Below are positions 24,103-36,224 of a DNA stretch of 64,000 bases, piece by piece. Source of the stretch: Chiloscyllium plagiosum (lineage: Eukaryota); contig NC_057755.1 of assembly GCF_004010195.1 (NCBI RefSeq), forward strand, positions 7,930,676 to 7,994,675, in the 5' to 3' direction. The translations under genes were made by a program, and so were the position numbers. Below the pieces are notes generated by a model. It was not told the DNA's origin and searched no databases. It was given only the letters and a program-made list of their open reading frames with translations. The stretch's first letter is position 1; every line of letters begins with the position of its first letter.

Positions 24103-25002
24103 TTAGTCTCTGAGACAGTAAAGAAAATGGTTTTGCACATCCATTCCTTATATTTTCTATCTGATATTTCATTTGGTATTTTTTGTTCTTTATGATTAAT
24201 TATTGTCATCTTATAGATCAGCTATTCCTTCAAAGACAGCACTTGTGGATCAAAGTTCAAAGCAATGGACTACAGCAGTTAAGTCTGATTTATAAACAGA
24301 TAATGGGAACCAACGTGCCAATTTGTTTGTAGCAAGTGGCCTTCACAACTCCTCTTTGAGAAGTGGGGCTGTGATTTTCCAATATGATGGACAGGTTTTT
24401 CGTCAGTACCCTGAGAGACATGCTCCCATATCTCTTGGAGGAGCTGACGCACGGATAAAACAGTCACTGCTGGAGAGTACATGTCATCCAGTGACCCAGA
24501 ACAAGTTCAGAGAAGAGCTGTAAAATGTAGAGGAATCTCCACGGAGGCCAGTCCAAAAATATCTGAAACATGTGGACAAGGAATGCTGTTTCATCAAAAA
24601 GTTCTTGGAGTTTATCTGGTGCCAAATGTACCCAATTGTCAGCGTGATGATGTCATGCAAATACCCAGATGGCCAGTGGGGTGCAGCAGTGCGCCTGTGT
24701 GCGGTCTGCCATTAGGAACTGAGCTTGGTGTCAGTAGTCGCAGCCCATGAGCTAGTTGATTGTTGTTCACTTGTTCCTGCACGCGTTGTCTGCAGGATCA
24801 GTCCACGACACTGGCTGAGCAGTGGCATGCTGCACCTAACGCGGTTTTTGCTGTGCTGAGCTGCGCCTGCATCCAGTGTTGGCGTAATTGCGACACTGCA
24901 CTTGGTTCAGCGGTGTTGAAGTATACTTGCATCGTGTCTGCGGTGTAGAACTGCGCCTGTGCGTGGTATTGCTGTGATATAAATTGACTGACGGTTATGA
25001 AA

Positions 25003-26565
25003 CAAGAACAGAAGAAAATAGAAGGAGTAGTGGGCCATGTAGCTCGCTCCAATATTCAATAAGATCATGGCTGATCTATTCATTAACTCAGCACCACCAT
25101 CTCACCCACTCACCTTAACCCTTAATTCATTTCCTGTTCAAAAAGCTATCTTTGTCTTAAAAAGTGCATTCAATAAGGTAGCCTCAACTGCTTTCACCGG
25201 GCAGGGAATTCGACCAGTTCATGACCTTTTAATAAAGAAGTTCCTTGTCAACTCAGTCCTAATTCTGCTTCTATTTATTTTGAGGCTATTCACCTAGTTC
25301 TAGTTTCACCCACCAGTGGAAACAACCTCCCTACTTCTATCTTATCTATACTTTTAAAAAATTTATATGTTTCTATAAGATCCCCACTCATCTGAATTTC
25401 AATGAGAATAGTCCTGGTCTACTCAATCTCTTCTCCTGATGTTTCCACTGGTGGGTAAAGCTAGAACATGAACACATAAATAGGTGGAGCAGATTTAGGA
25501 CTGCATTGAGGAGGAACTTCGTCGCCCAAAGGGTTGTGAATCTGTGGAATACCTTGCCCAGTGAAGAAGTTGAGATTTCCTCATTGAAAGTTTTTAAAGC
25601 TAAGATAGACTCTTTTTGAGAAGTTAGGAATTCAGGGTTATAGTTAGATGGTGGGTAAGTGGAGCTGAGGCCACAGAAAGATCAACCATGGCCTTATTGA
25701 ATGGTGGAGTGAGCTTAAAGGGCCAGATGACCTACTCCTGCTCTTGGCTTTTATGTTCTTATGAGTTGACCCTCTCAATTCTGGAATCAATCCAGTGAAC
25801 CTCCTCTGCACTGCCTCCGGTACCAGTACATTCTTTTCTCAAGTAAGGAGACCAAAACTGTACACGGTACCTCAGGTGTGGCCTGCAAACCAATTTATTT
25901 GTGATTCATGCACAAGAACACCCAGGTCCCTCTGCACAGCAGCATACTGCCATTTTTCACCATTTAAATTATATTCCAATCTGTTGTTATAACTACCAAG
26001 ATGATTGACCACACATTTATTAACTTTGCAGTTCTGGTTGTCCCACAGTAGAAATGATATTATTAAACTTGAAAGAATGGAGAAAAGATTTACTCGGTTG
26101 TTGCCTGGACTGGACCGTTTGCTTATGAGGAGAGTTTGGATAGGTTCAACTTTTTTCATTCGAGCATAGGAGACAGAGGGGTGACCTAGTAGAAATTTAT
26201 GAAATCATGAGAGGCATAGATAAGGTAAATAGCTAATTGCTTTTCCCAATGGTTGGGGAATCCAAATCTCGAGGGCTGCGTTTTAAGGTGAGAAGAAGAG
26301 GTACAAAAGGATCGAGAGTGTCAATTATTTCACACCGAGGGTGGTGAATGTCACGAACGGCCTGCCAGCGGTAGTGGTGGAGGCGAGTACATTTTCACCA
26401 TTTAAGAAATATTTAGACATGTACGTGAATTGGATAGGTATGGGGAGATGAGGACCAAATGGAGGCAAATGGAACAAATTCAATTCTGAAAACGGGGTGA
26501 CACAGGCAGGTTGGGCCAAAGGGCCTGTTCCCATGCTGTAAACCTCGATGACTCTATGACTGTGT
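25003..26565. mobile_element. Nested CR1-group fragments (minus 25003-25437 and 25766-26030, plus 25438-25765, plus 26030-26565)
   Basis: VQRDLGVLVHESQ on minus; RGDLVEIYEIMRGIDKV on plus; separate 3' tails. Confidence 0.75.
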
Positions 26566-26848
26566 GACAATTGGATTGCATGCCTCCAGACCAAACCATT
26601 GAACCACATGTCACCAAATGCCCCACAGCATCAAGTGGACAATTTAACCAACAATGAGACTGAGGCACACATTGTTAGAGCATGAGGCAACTCCATATAT
26701 TAGCCCCATCATCTGGTTGGGGGTGAGGGCCAAAACTGGTTTAATCACAGGAAGGTCTGATCAGTAGAACACACCTAGTAAGATCACCCTGTCAGGGTAA
26801 TGTGGCAGGAGCTGTATCTAACCAAATCTAAGCCCATGCAGTACCCGA

Positions 26849-27579
26849 GTTCCGACATGGGTAAACCCCTCGGCTAATTTAAACCAGACACACATTAAAG
26901 CTCACCTCGCACTGTAATCTGTTTAATTTTGAGTGGCAAAGAACTATCCCAAATATCACGACTTACAGAAAAAATTAGCAATTCTATTCGTTAAGTCCAA
27001 AAAAGAACATTGGACAACAACTTTTACAACTCCTTTCTCTTAAACCTATCTTTTACCTCCCACTCTACAATACAGGTCCGATTAAAGCCCGACATCCCTT
27101 AAAATTTGCAAAAAAAATCACATTTCAAAACCAGCCAACTGTCTCGATTCTCCTTTGTACAATTACCTCTGCAGATTTTTCTGGGCCAACTTTACTTTCG
27201 TCTTCTGCTGCACAAATATCTTATGGGCAGGTACCTTTCAGAGAGCTATTCCTCGAGCAGTCTGTTGGTGATTGGCTGCTCTTTGCTGTTCTGGATAACT
27301 GTTCGAAATCCCCAGTTTTATATACTCCAAAACACTGAACCGTCTCGTTGGTTTGATGTCATCAAAACACTAAGCAAAATTCGATTGTATTTTGGTATCT
27401 TGGGGTATGATTTAAACTGATTGGTCAAATTCGAATTACTTGTGTACAATGGCATTGAAGCGATTTGTTTCACAACCAAATATTACCTTTTTAAATTGTT
27501 CAGCACACTCTGTGCTTTCAATCAGTCCTTTCCAGCTTCCTCTCTTAAATGTGCAGTACACCCCTACACCTTCATAACA
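26849..27579. mobile_element. Solo LTR (probably Gypsy-type), same family as 54069-54848
   Basis: Shared blocks CGACATGG..ACCCCTC..AAAGCTCACCTCGC, CTGATTGGT.AAATTCGAATT and terminal CATAACA. Confidence 0.65.
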
Positions 27580-27628
27580 ACCTGTCCTTGGAGTGCTCAA
27601 CAGTAACACTGGATATGAAGAGGGAGAG

Positions 27629-28018
27629 CTGGAAGTTTTTGTTGCAAACGTTTCGTCCCCTGGCTAAGCGACATCGTCAGTGCTTGGGAGCCTCCTGCGA
27701 AGCGCTTCTTTGATGTAATTTACAAAATCCCATGCAAGGACTGCACTAAACACTATATAGGACAAACAGAAAGACAGCTAACAATCCACATACATGAACA
27801 TCAACTAGCCACGAAACGACACGACCAGCTATCCTTAGTAGCCAGCGGCAGGGACAGACCACTATAAACACCGGAGGAAACATCAAAGAAGCGCTTCGCA
27901 GGAGGCTCCCAAGCACTGATGATGTCGCCTAGCCAGGGGACGCAACAAAAACTTCCAGCTCGGCGAACAGAACCACAACAACAAGCACCCGAGCTACAAA
28001 TCTTCGCACAAACTTTGA
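27629..28018. mobile_element. Internally deleted Poseidon-type Penelope copy with inverted 5' end
   Basis: IYKIPCKDCTKHYIGQT; same family as 7952-9602; 14-bp TSD ATGAAGAGGGAGAG at 27615-27628 and 28019-28032. Confidence 0.9.
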
Positions 28019-28109
28019 ATGAAGAGGGAGAGGCTGAATAGGCTGGAGTTAATATCCCTGGAGTACTAGGGGCCAAGGAATAATGGGTTTTGAGAAGAAT
28101 TGTAGCTTA

Positions 28110-28395
28110 TGTTGAAGTTCTGGATGTACGGTTTCTCGCTAAGCTGGAAGGTTCGTTTTCAGACGTTTTATCACCATTCTGGTAACATCATCAGTGAGCC
28201 TCCGGTGAAGTACTGGTGTTACATCCCGCTTTCTATTTATGTGTTTAGGTTTTCTTGAGTTTGTGATGTCATTTCCTGTTCTTTTCCTCAGAGAGTGGTA
28301 GTTTGCATTAAATCGATGTGTTTGTTGATAGAGTTCCAGTTGGAATGCCATGCTTCCAGGAATTTTCTTGCGTGTCTCTGTTTGACTCGTCCTCG
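28110..28395 (-). mobile_element. Older Poseidon-type Penelope 3' fragment, followed by a plus-strand CR1 tail (~28420-28735)
   Basis: Minus strand reads HARKFLEAWHSNWNSINKHIDL; decayed hammerhead core CUGAUGA...AAAACGUC. Confidence 0.75.
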
Positions 28396-29027
28396 GCCTT
28401 CTTCACCTTCGCCTGTATATGAGGATACTAGTGAATAGCCAAGGTCTTTTTTTCCCAGGAAGGGCACATCTTCAGGTAAGATGGGAAAATTTTAAAAGTG
28501 ACTGGGGGGCAACGTTTTCACACTGATGGTAGCGTAGGTACGGAATGACCTGCCAGAGGAAGTGGTGGAGGCTGCTACAATTACAACATTTAAAAGGCAT
28601 CTGGATAGGTATGTGAATATGAGGGGTTTTGGGGATGTGGGCCAAATGCTAGCAAATGGAATTAAATCAATTTTTGATTTTTGGTCAGTATGAAAGAGTT
28701 GGACCTAAGGTTCAGTTTCTATTCTGTAAAATTCTAGTGGGGGACTCAGGATCAGCGTAATGTAGAGGCACCTCAACACTGTATGTAACTGTATGCTGTA
28801 CCTTTTGGAATCACTCGATGATACCGGATATAAAATGGAGGACAAACTGCAAGAATAATGTAGACGGAGTCCTACACCATCTAATCCAAAGTGTGCCTAT
28901 CATGCTGCTTTAAGAATTTGACTACACAACACAGAAGAAAATGTTGAACGCTTTATTTGTCACAGGACAATTCATACATTATCCCTTTCATAAAATACAC
29001 AGAGCCAAGGCTTTGTACTCATCAGTA

Positions 29028-29370
29028 TGTTATAGACCAGGCCAGACCACTCAAAACATTTCACGAAGCTAACCCAGGCCCTAATGTTGCTAGTTATTTT
29101 AAGCACATGTAATGTGCGTATTCCAGGAGGAATGCAGCTGATCAAACTAAATAGTTTTGAACGAAACAGAATTTATTTACATTCACAAATCTTATAACTA
29201 AATGTTGTTGTGTTTAAAACTCCACGGTTTGAACAATTGCATTCCTCCTGGAATATCCGTGTTCCACCTACTTAAAACAAGAAACAAAGTTAGGGTCTGG
29301 GCCACTTTCTTGAAATGGTTTGAGAGGGTCTGTCCTGATCCAAAACAGATTGGGAGCTCTTTGCGGGATT
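29028..29370. mobile_element. Two LTR 3' ends in inverted orientation; right copy followed by a PBS-like sequence
   Basis: Both halves resemble the end of the LTR at 45650-45786; TTGGGAGCTCTTTGCGGGAT after the right copy resembles a tRNA-Pro PBS. Confidence 0.65.
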
Positions 29371-30296
29371 CGTACTATAGTTCCAATTTNNNNNNNNNNN
29401 NNNNNNNNNNNNNNNNNNNNNNNNNNNNNNNNNNNNNNNNNNNNNNNNNNNNNNNNNNNNNNNNNNNNNNNNNNNNNNNNNNNNNNNNNNNNNNNNNNNN
29501 NNNNNNNNNNNNNNNNNNNNNNNNNNNNNNNNNNNNNNNNNNNNNNNNNNNNNNNNNNNNNNNNNNNNNNNNNNNNNNNNNNNNNNNNNNNNNNNNNNNN
29601 NNNNNNNNNNNNNNNNNNNNNNNNNNNNNNNNNNNNNNNNNNNNNNNNNNNNNNNNNNNNNNNNNNNNNNNNNNNNNNNNNNNNNNNNNNNNNNNNNNNN
29701 NNNNNNNNNNNNNNNNNNNNNNNNNNNNNNNNNNNNNNNNNNNNNNNNNNNNNNNNNNNNNNNNNNNNNNNNNNNNNNNNNNNNNNNNNNNNNNNNNNNN
29801 NNNNNNNNNNNNNNNNNNNNNNNNNNNNNNNNNNNNNNNNNNNNNNNNNNNNNNNNNNNNNNNNNNNNNNNNNNNNNNNNNNNNNNNNNTGTTCAATAAA
29901 ACTCCCCCTGGCCCGACCATTAAATGTATCAACCATGCCCTGATTTGCCTGACCAAAATGCAACATCCTATATTTATCTAAATTAAAGTATATCTTTATC
30001 ACTTTATGTCCAATGGCCAGTATATCAAGGTGCTGTTCTCCTCTGATGTAACCTTTTGATGCAAACACTACGTCACTTATTCTTCTGTCACCTGTAAATT
30101 CTCTGAAGATCACTGCTATAATGGCTTTCAAATCATTTTATATAAGTGTTGAAAAGGTTGTGGAACCAACACTTGCAGCACACTGCTGTTCGATAAGTTA
30201 AAATAATTACTGTTTAAATAGTGGTGTGCATTCACTTCAACATCCCTAAAGTTGTGAAATGTCTCAGCAGAGTGCAAAATTGCCTCTGTTTAGGAA

Positions 30297-30477
30297 AGGC
30301 AGCATCCGAGGAGCAGGAGAATAGTGTTTCAGGTATAAGCCCTTCATCATTCCTGATGAAGAGGTTATCCCTGAAATGTCGATTTCCCTGCTCCTCAGAC
30401 GCTGCCAGACCAGCTGTGTTTTTCCAGCACCATACTTTCGACTAGATCTCCAGCGTCTGCAGTCCTCACTTTCTCCT
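30297..30477. mobile_element. Neptune-derived miniature element
   Basis: Matches 18276-18493 and 33770-33900; 14-bp TSD with one mismatch, CCTCT(G/A)TTTAGGAA, at 30283-30296 and 30478-30491. Confidence 0.85.
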
Positions 30478-31254
30478 CCTCTATTTAGGAATGGAGAGGG
30501 ACAGAATGCAATACATTACAATACAGTAAGGACAACATGCTTTTGGAATCTCGGGCAGACCCTCGCACTTCTGTCTGGTAAGAAAGAGATGACTGTAGTT
30601 GTGCAATCTGACTATCTTGTGCGTCATTCAGTGACAGCGATTGAGGCCGATAATTCTTCAATGGTAACCCCAATCAGTGCAAGTACTGGATATGCTATTA
30701 CCATCACGCTGAATTGCCAAATAGGTATCCAACCAATTGATAGAACTTACCCAAAACACGACAGTGCACATTTAAATTAAAATAATATCTACAGTTTGAA
30801 ACGTGCAGTGCTGCAATTTGTTCAGAAGGGTGATATTCAATGATTCCTTGGGGGAAAAAAAGATCCAAATGTGATCAATAGATTTGGGAGCTCAGATGAA
30901 CAGATTCACAGTTACGTAAAACAGCATTAAGAGGGCAACAAAGCCATAGAATTGCCTCCTTAGGACCGGCGTTCATTTCCACAAGGGAATTGGAATACAA
31001 AGAGTTAATATTCATCGATGATTTTTTTACCGGGTCGGGTTTTGGTAAATATATAACAACAACATGTGTTGATGCACTGGACAACATGGAATTATATGAT
31101 GGAGAATGATGACTGAACTGAGAACGATTTGTTTCAGCATTAAGGGCACATAGCATTATCTCAACCCCCTCTGTTACTATGACGAATAACTTCAGAGACA
31201 CAGAGCAGCACATTGGTTAATTACTCAAGAACCAGAACGAAACTCACCCTAAAT

Positions 31255-33900
31255 ATTATAGCCGCCCCCCAGAACCCTGAGGGGACATCATCCGTGCTCA
31301 TGACCCCACCCCCATCCCAGCTACCACTCCAGTTACAGGCTCCGCCCCACTTCCAGCTCCACTCTGACACCAGGCCCAGCTACCAGCCTTGCCGATTTTT
31401 CGCCGTACCCCCCCAGACTTTCCTCTCACTGAGGACGAACGATCAGTCCTCAGCAAAGGCCTTACCTTTATCCCCCTCCATCCATGCATCAATGAATTCA
31501 ATACGCATTGTGACGTCGAACACTTCTTCCACTGCATCCAACTCCGAGTTTACTTTTACAATAAGGACGCCCGCCCACCTACCAAGGTCCCCTTCATTCA
31601 CGTCCAACACACTCCATCCACCTGGACACCCCACACTGGCGTACTACCCGCCCTCTTTCTCTTCATTTCTAACTGCCGCTGATACATTAACTGCCTCAAA
31701 GTGTCTACCCCACTCCGACCTCTCACCCTCACAATGCACAGCTCTCCACTCCCGCTGCTCCAATCCCAAACTCACCACCAAACCAGCGGATAAACGGGGT
31801 GCAGTGGTAGTTTGACGCACTGACCTCTACGCCGCTGAAGCCAGATGTCAACTTGAAGGCACTTCCTCCTACCGCCCACTCGACCATGACCCCACTCCAT
31901 CACCAACCATAATTTCCCAGACCATACAGAACCTCATCACCTCAGGAGATTTCCCACCCACAGATTCCAACCTTGTCGTCCTGGAACCCCACACCACCCG
32001 ATTCTAGTTCCTTCACAAGATCCATAAGCCTGACCACCACAGCCGACCCATTGTCTCAGCATACTCCTGCCCCATCGAACTCAGTTCCACCTACCTCGAT
32101 ACTATCCTATCCCCCCCTTGTCCAGGAACTCCCCATATACATTCGCGACATCACCCACGCCCTCCACCTCCTCCAAGACTTCCGTTTCCCCGACCCCCAA
32201 CGCCTCATCTTCACCATGGATATCCAATCCCTCTATACCTCCATCCGCCATGACCAGGGCCTCCACGCCTTCCGTTTCTTCCTGTCCCGTCCGCCCAACA
32301 GTAACCTTCCACTGACACTCTCATTTGTTTGGCTGTACTGATCCTCATGCTTAACAATTTCTCCTTCGAATCCTCCCACTTCCTCCAGAACAAAGGGGCA
32401 GCCATGGGCACTCGTATGGGCCCGAACCATGCCTGTCTCTTTGTCGGCTATGTAGAACAGTCCATCTTCCGTAGTTACACTGGCACCACTCCCCACCTCT
32501 TCCTCCGCTACATTGATGACTGCATCAGCGCCACCTCGTGCTCCCACGAGGAAGTTGAGCAGTTCATCAATTTCACCAACACATTCCACCCTGACCTTAA
32601 ATTCACTTGGACCATCTCTGACACCTCCCTCCCCTTCCTGGACCTCTCCATATCCACTAATGACGACCAGCTTGACACTGACATTTCTTACAAGGACACG
32701 GACTGCCACAGCTACGTGGATTACACCTCTTCCCACCCAACCTCCTGCAAAAAATGCCATCCCATATTCCCAATTCTTCCACCTCTGCCGTATCTGCTCC
32801 CAGGAGGACCAGTTCCATCACAGAACACACCAGATGGCCTCCTTCTTTGGAGACCACAATTTCCCATCCCACGTGGTTGAAGACGCCCTCCAACGCATCT
32901 CATCCACATCCCGCACCTCCACCCTCAAACCCCACACCTCCAACCAAAACAAGGACAGAACCCCCCGATCCTCACTTTCTACCCTATCAACCTTCACATA
33001 AATTGCATCATCCGCCAACATCTCCGCCACCTCCAAAGATATATTTCCCTCCCCACCCCTATCCGCTTTCTGCAAAGACCGTTCCCTCCGTGACCATCTG
33101 GTCAGGTCCACGCTGCCCCACAACCCTCCCTCCCGTCCAGGCACCTTCCCCTGCCACCGCAGGAATTGCAAAATCTGCGCCCACACCTCCCTCACCTCCA
33201 CCAAAGGCCCCAAAGGAGCCTTCCACATCCATTAAAGCTTCATCTGCACATCCACCATTGTCATTTATTGTATCCGTTGGTCCAAATGCGGTCTCCTCTA
33301 CATTGGGGAGACTGGACTCCTCCATTCAGAACGCTTTATGGATCGTCTCCGGGACACCTGCTTCAATCAACCCCACCGCCCTGTGGCCCAATACAGGTAT
33401 TTCAATTCTCCCTCTCACTCTTCCGAGGACATGCAGGTCCTGGGCCTCCTCCACCGCCGCTCCCTCACCACCCCACGTCTTGAGGAAAAACGCCTCATCT
33501 TCTGCTCGGAACACTTCAACCCCAGGGCATCAATGTGGACTTCACCAGTTTCCTCATTTCTCCTCCCCAGTTCCGATCTTCCATGTCAGCACTGTCCTCA
33601 TTACCTGCCCCACCTGCCAATCTCCCTTCCCACCTATCCGGTCCACCCTGCCCTCTGACCTATCACCTCCATCCCCATCCCACTCACCTATTGTACTCTT
33701 CCCTACCTTCTTGCCAGCAGCTCCCCACCCCCACACTTATCTCTCCACCTTGCAGGCCCCCGCCTCCATTCCTGATGAAGGGCTTTTGCCTGACACGTCG
33801 ATTTCCCTGCTCCTCGGATGCTGCCTGAACTGCTGTGCACTTCCAACACCACTCTAATCTAAACTCTGGTTTCCAGCATCTGCAGTCCTCACTTCCGCCT
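31255..33900 (+). mobile_element. Penelope-like retrotransposon (Neptune-type), long copy with RT and GIY-YIG, disrupted
   Basis: SVLSKGLTF, KPADKRGAVVV, MDIQSLYT, GAAMGTRMGPNHACLF, RYIDD, SSHP..CKNAIPYSQF, VIYCI...CGLLYIGET; several stops and frameshifts. Confidence 0.92.
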
Positions 33901-34243
33901 CAATGAAATAGCATTTAATTAATAACATATCCACAGTTTATAACGCACTATTCCAAAGTGATGATTTAATTCTATTGAAATTCTCTGAAGTCTCTGACGA
34001 AGATGGAGATTTCTAGGAAGACATGAATTATCCAGTGGGGAAATTCAATTGTCAAGCAATTCTTACAGAGTCTGCGATGCTGGGGATTCCGCAGGGAGCC
34101 TGTGATCTGAATCTAAATAAGCGATTGTTTTGCCCCGTGTGATGGTGGATACATCATGCACATGCATCATTGTCAACCGGAGAGTGAAACCGCAGAATAA
34201 CCTCAGACAGGTTCACACAAATTCAGTGGTGCAAGACACTTAC

Positions 34244-34310
34244 CAGGAATTGTTACAATCGGAATGATCACGTAACATATTTTCCGTGCCTGATAAATTG
34301 ATTGATACAT
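34244..34310 (-). CDS. gpr139-like: Candidate first coding exon of a GPR139-like GPCR (MYQSIYQARKICYVIIPIVTIP, phase 1)
   Basis: AAAATG start, 22 codons plus 1 nt, canonical donor CTG|GTAAGT; resembles the short N-terminus/TM1 exon of this family. Confidence 0.65.
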
Positions 34311-34380
34311 TTTCTGCACGAATCCCTTTGTGCAGGTTATCTCTCTGTACTAAATGCTGAGGCAAAAGTTTCTCACCTCC

Positions 34381-34391
34381 TTTTATTTATA
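34381..34391 (-). promoter_or_regulatory. TATA box upstream of the candidate GPR139-like exon 1
   Basis: TATAAATAAAA on minus, ~70-80 nt upstream of the ATG at 34310. Confidence 0.5.
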
Positions 34392-36019
34392 CCTGATGGT
34401 ATCGCCTGGGGGACAGTCACGTTACTACATTATTTAACTGCATTATTTAAGAATTTGAGCAAACAAGTGACGACAGTGAATTAATTCCAAGGGTGACAGA
34501 ACATTTTTCAACCTGCGGTTTACTGGATGATACAAATCTCCACCAGTCAGTATCAAATATTGAAAAATACATCCATGATACCCAAACACTAACCATGTCA
34601 CTTTGAAATGCCCTTTGATTTAAATGTCGTCCTTCCCTTGAATTTGACAATTTCGGTAATCAAATTCCGGTTGTTAAATGTGTCTCTGAGAACTGTTCTC
34701 TTCAACACTGGGACGTGGCTGCCCCGGTTAACAGCCACTATTCCATAAAGAGATGATAGTTGCTTAATGGAGATGATACATTGCAGATGTCAACAAATCT
34801 AACATCGCAACATAATTCTTCCAAGTGCACAGTTTCATCTCAATCCACTAAAACCTCACAAATGAAAACAAAACTTTAAACAAGTCAAATAAGTCATTGC
34901 AAGATATCCTTAATGGTTATGTAAGCTTCAATCAGTACAGGTTCTAATACAGATTGAAACTGTCTTGGAGATGTTTCAGACCTCTGAGACACGCACACCC
35001 ACAAGCTTTTACCGCAGCAGATCGGAGTTATTGTTTCTCGGTTTCCTGCAGTGTACTGGACATGTTCATCGAAATTACCTAAAACTGACCGACGAAGTGT
35101 TGTAATCATGTGAAGGGACATGGAGAGGTGAGGCCTGGGAAGGATTTGCAATGACAAGGATGCACACGTTTCAGAAACTAGCATTGTTTAAGTTGGTGTC
35201 AAATTTGTCAATGCGCCCAAGTAGTGTGAGGGAAACGGGACTTAGTATGAGGACTGATAATGAACAGAAAACAGAGAATTCGAATAAACATAATTTTTTC
35301 AGGCCATCAGGCCGGAGTTAGTGGGTGCCACAAAGAAACAAAAGTAGTTATCATCTATATCAATGACCGAAATGATGTAATCTTGTGTTTCGCTGTCTGT
35401 GAACCCACTATTTGGTGAGATGGTAAAATACAAGGACTCAGAAACCCTGAAAGGGGGAGTGCAGGTTCAGTAAGTGAGTGAGAACGAACTAGTATGTGTA
35501 AAAGTAAGCTAGAGAAATGTGAAACATTGCTCTTTCATTTAAATCTTGAAAGGAGTTCAGACTATTCCTAGATTTATAGATGATGATCCTAGTCCTACTT
35601 GAAAAAAAATCCAACAAAAAGCCTTGTGCAGTCATGCCATCAATTTCCATTTCTCCTGTGAAAACTTTACTCTTCTCAGACCTTTCAAAATTCAGGATTA
35701 GAACGCTGCATTTGTATCATTTTACGCCTCATCATTGAAACATTGTTTCATTCTTGGGAATTTGTGCTGCACTCAAATGGATATGGACTTACAAGCCTCC
35801 ACTCTTTCTTGTCGTTCCCTGTTGATGCAGTTAATGTCGATCTGCATTAACATCAAATGTCGTCACAGAACAGTTACTGGACATTGTTGAAGTGGGATGG
35901 GATAGGATGGGGACAGGGGCGGGAGCGGGATGTGTGCAAAGTGAAGATCCAATGATCCTGGCCCACATTTCCACCAACAATATTTGTTCATGAAATAACC
36001 CTGCAGAGGCTGGAAATCC

Positions 36020-36220
36020 ATTAGCAATCATGCTTTATTTACAAATGCGTAACCTTTAACAATGGCTTCTCAAGGAGTCAGGCACTCAGCATCTCCATAT
36101 CCCTTACATTCACCGTGCTGTGTTAGCGAGGTCTCTTTGATTAGATCAGATTAATAGCCCCAATCAGAGAACTCATATCCTATGAGATCCAGCTGACTGA
36201 TCTCACGACAATCACTGCAG
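36020..36220 (-). mobile_element. Short solo-LTR-like element related to 57637-57869 and 61011-61229
   Basis: Shared AGATTAA.AGCCCCAATCAG.GAACTCATA...AATCACT.CA block. Confidence 0.55.
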
Positions 36221-36224
36221 GCAG

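Noticed and set aside
29202..30131. Long ORFs of 193-287 aa
   Set aside because: Mostly X residues from the 500-N assembly gap
32754..33857. 367-aa Pro/Ser/Thr-rich ORF as a mucin-like gene
   Set aside because: Alternative frame of the C-rich Penelope-like element
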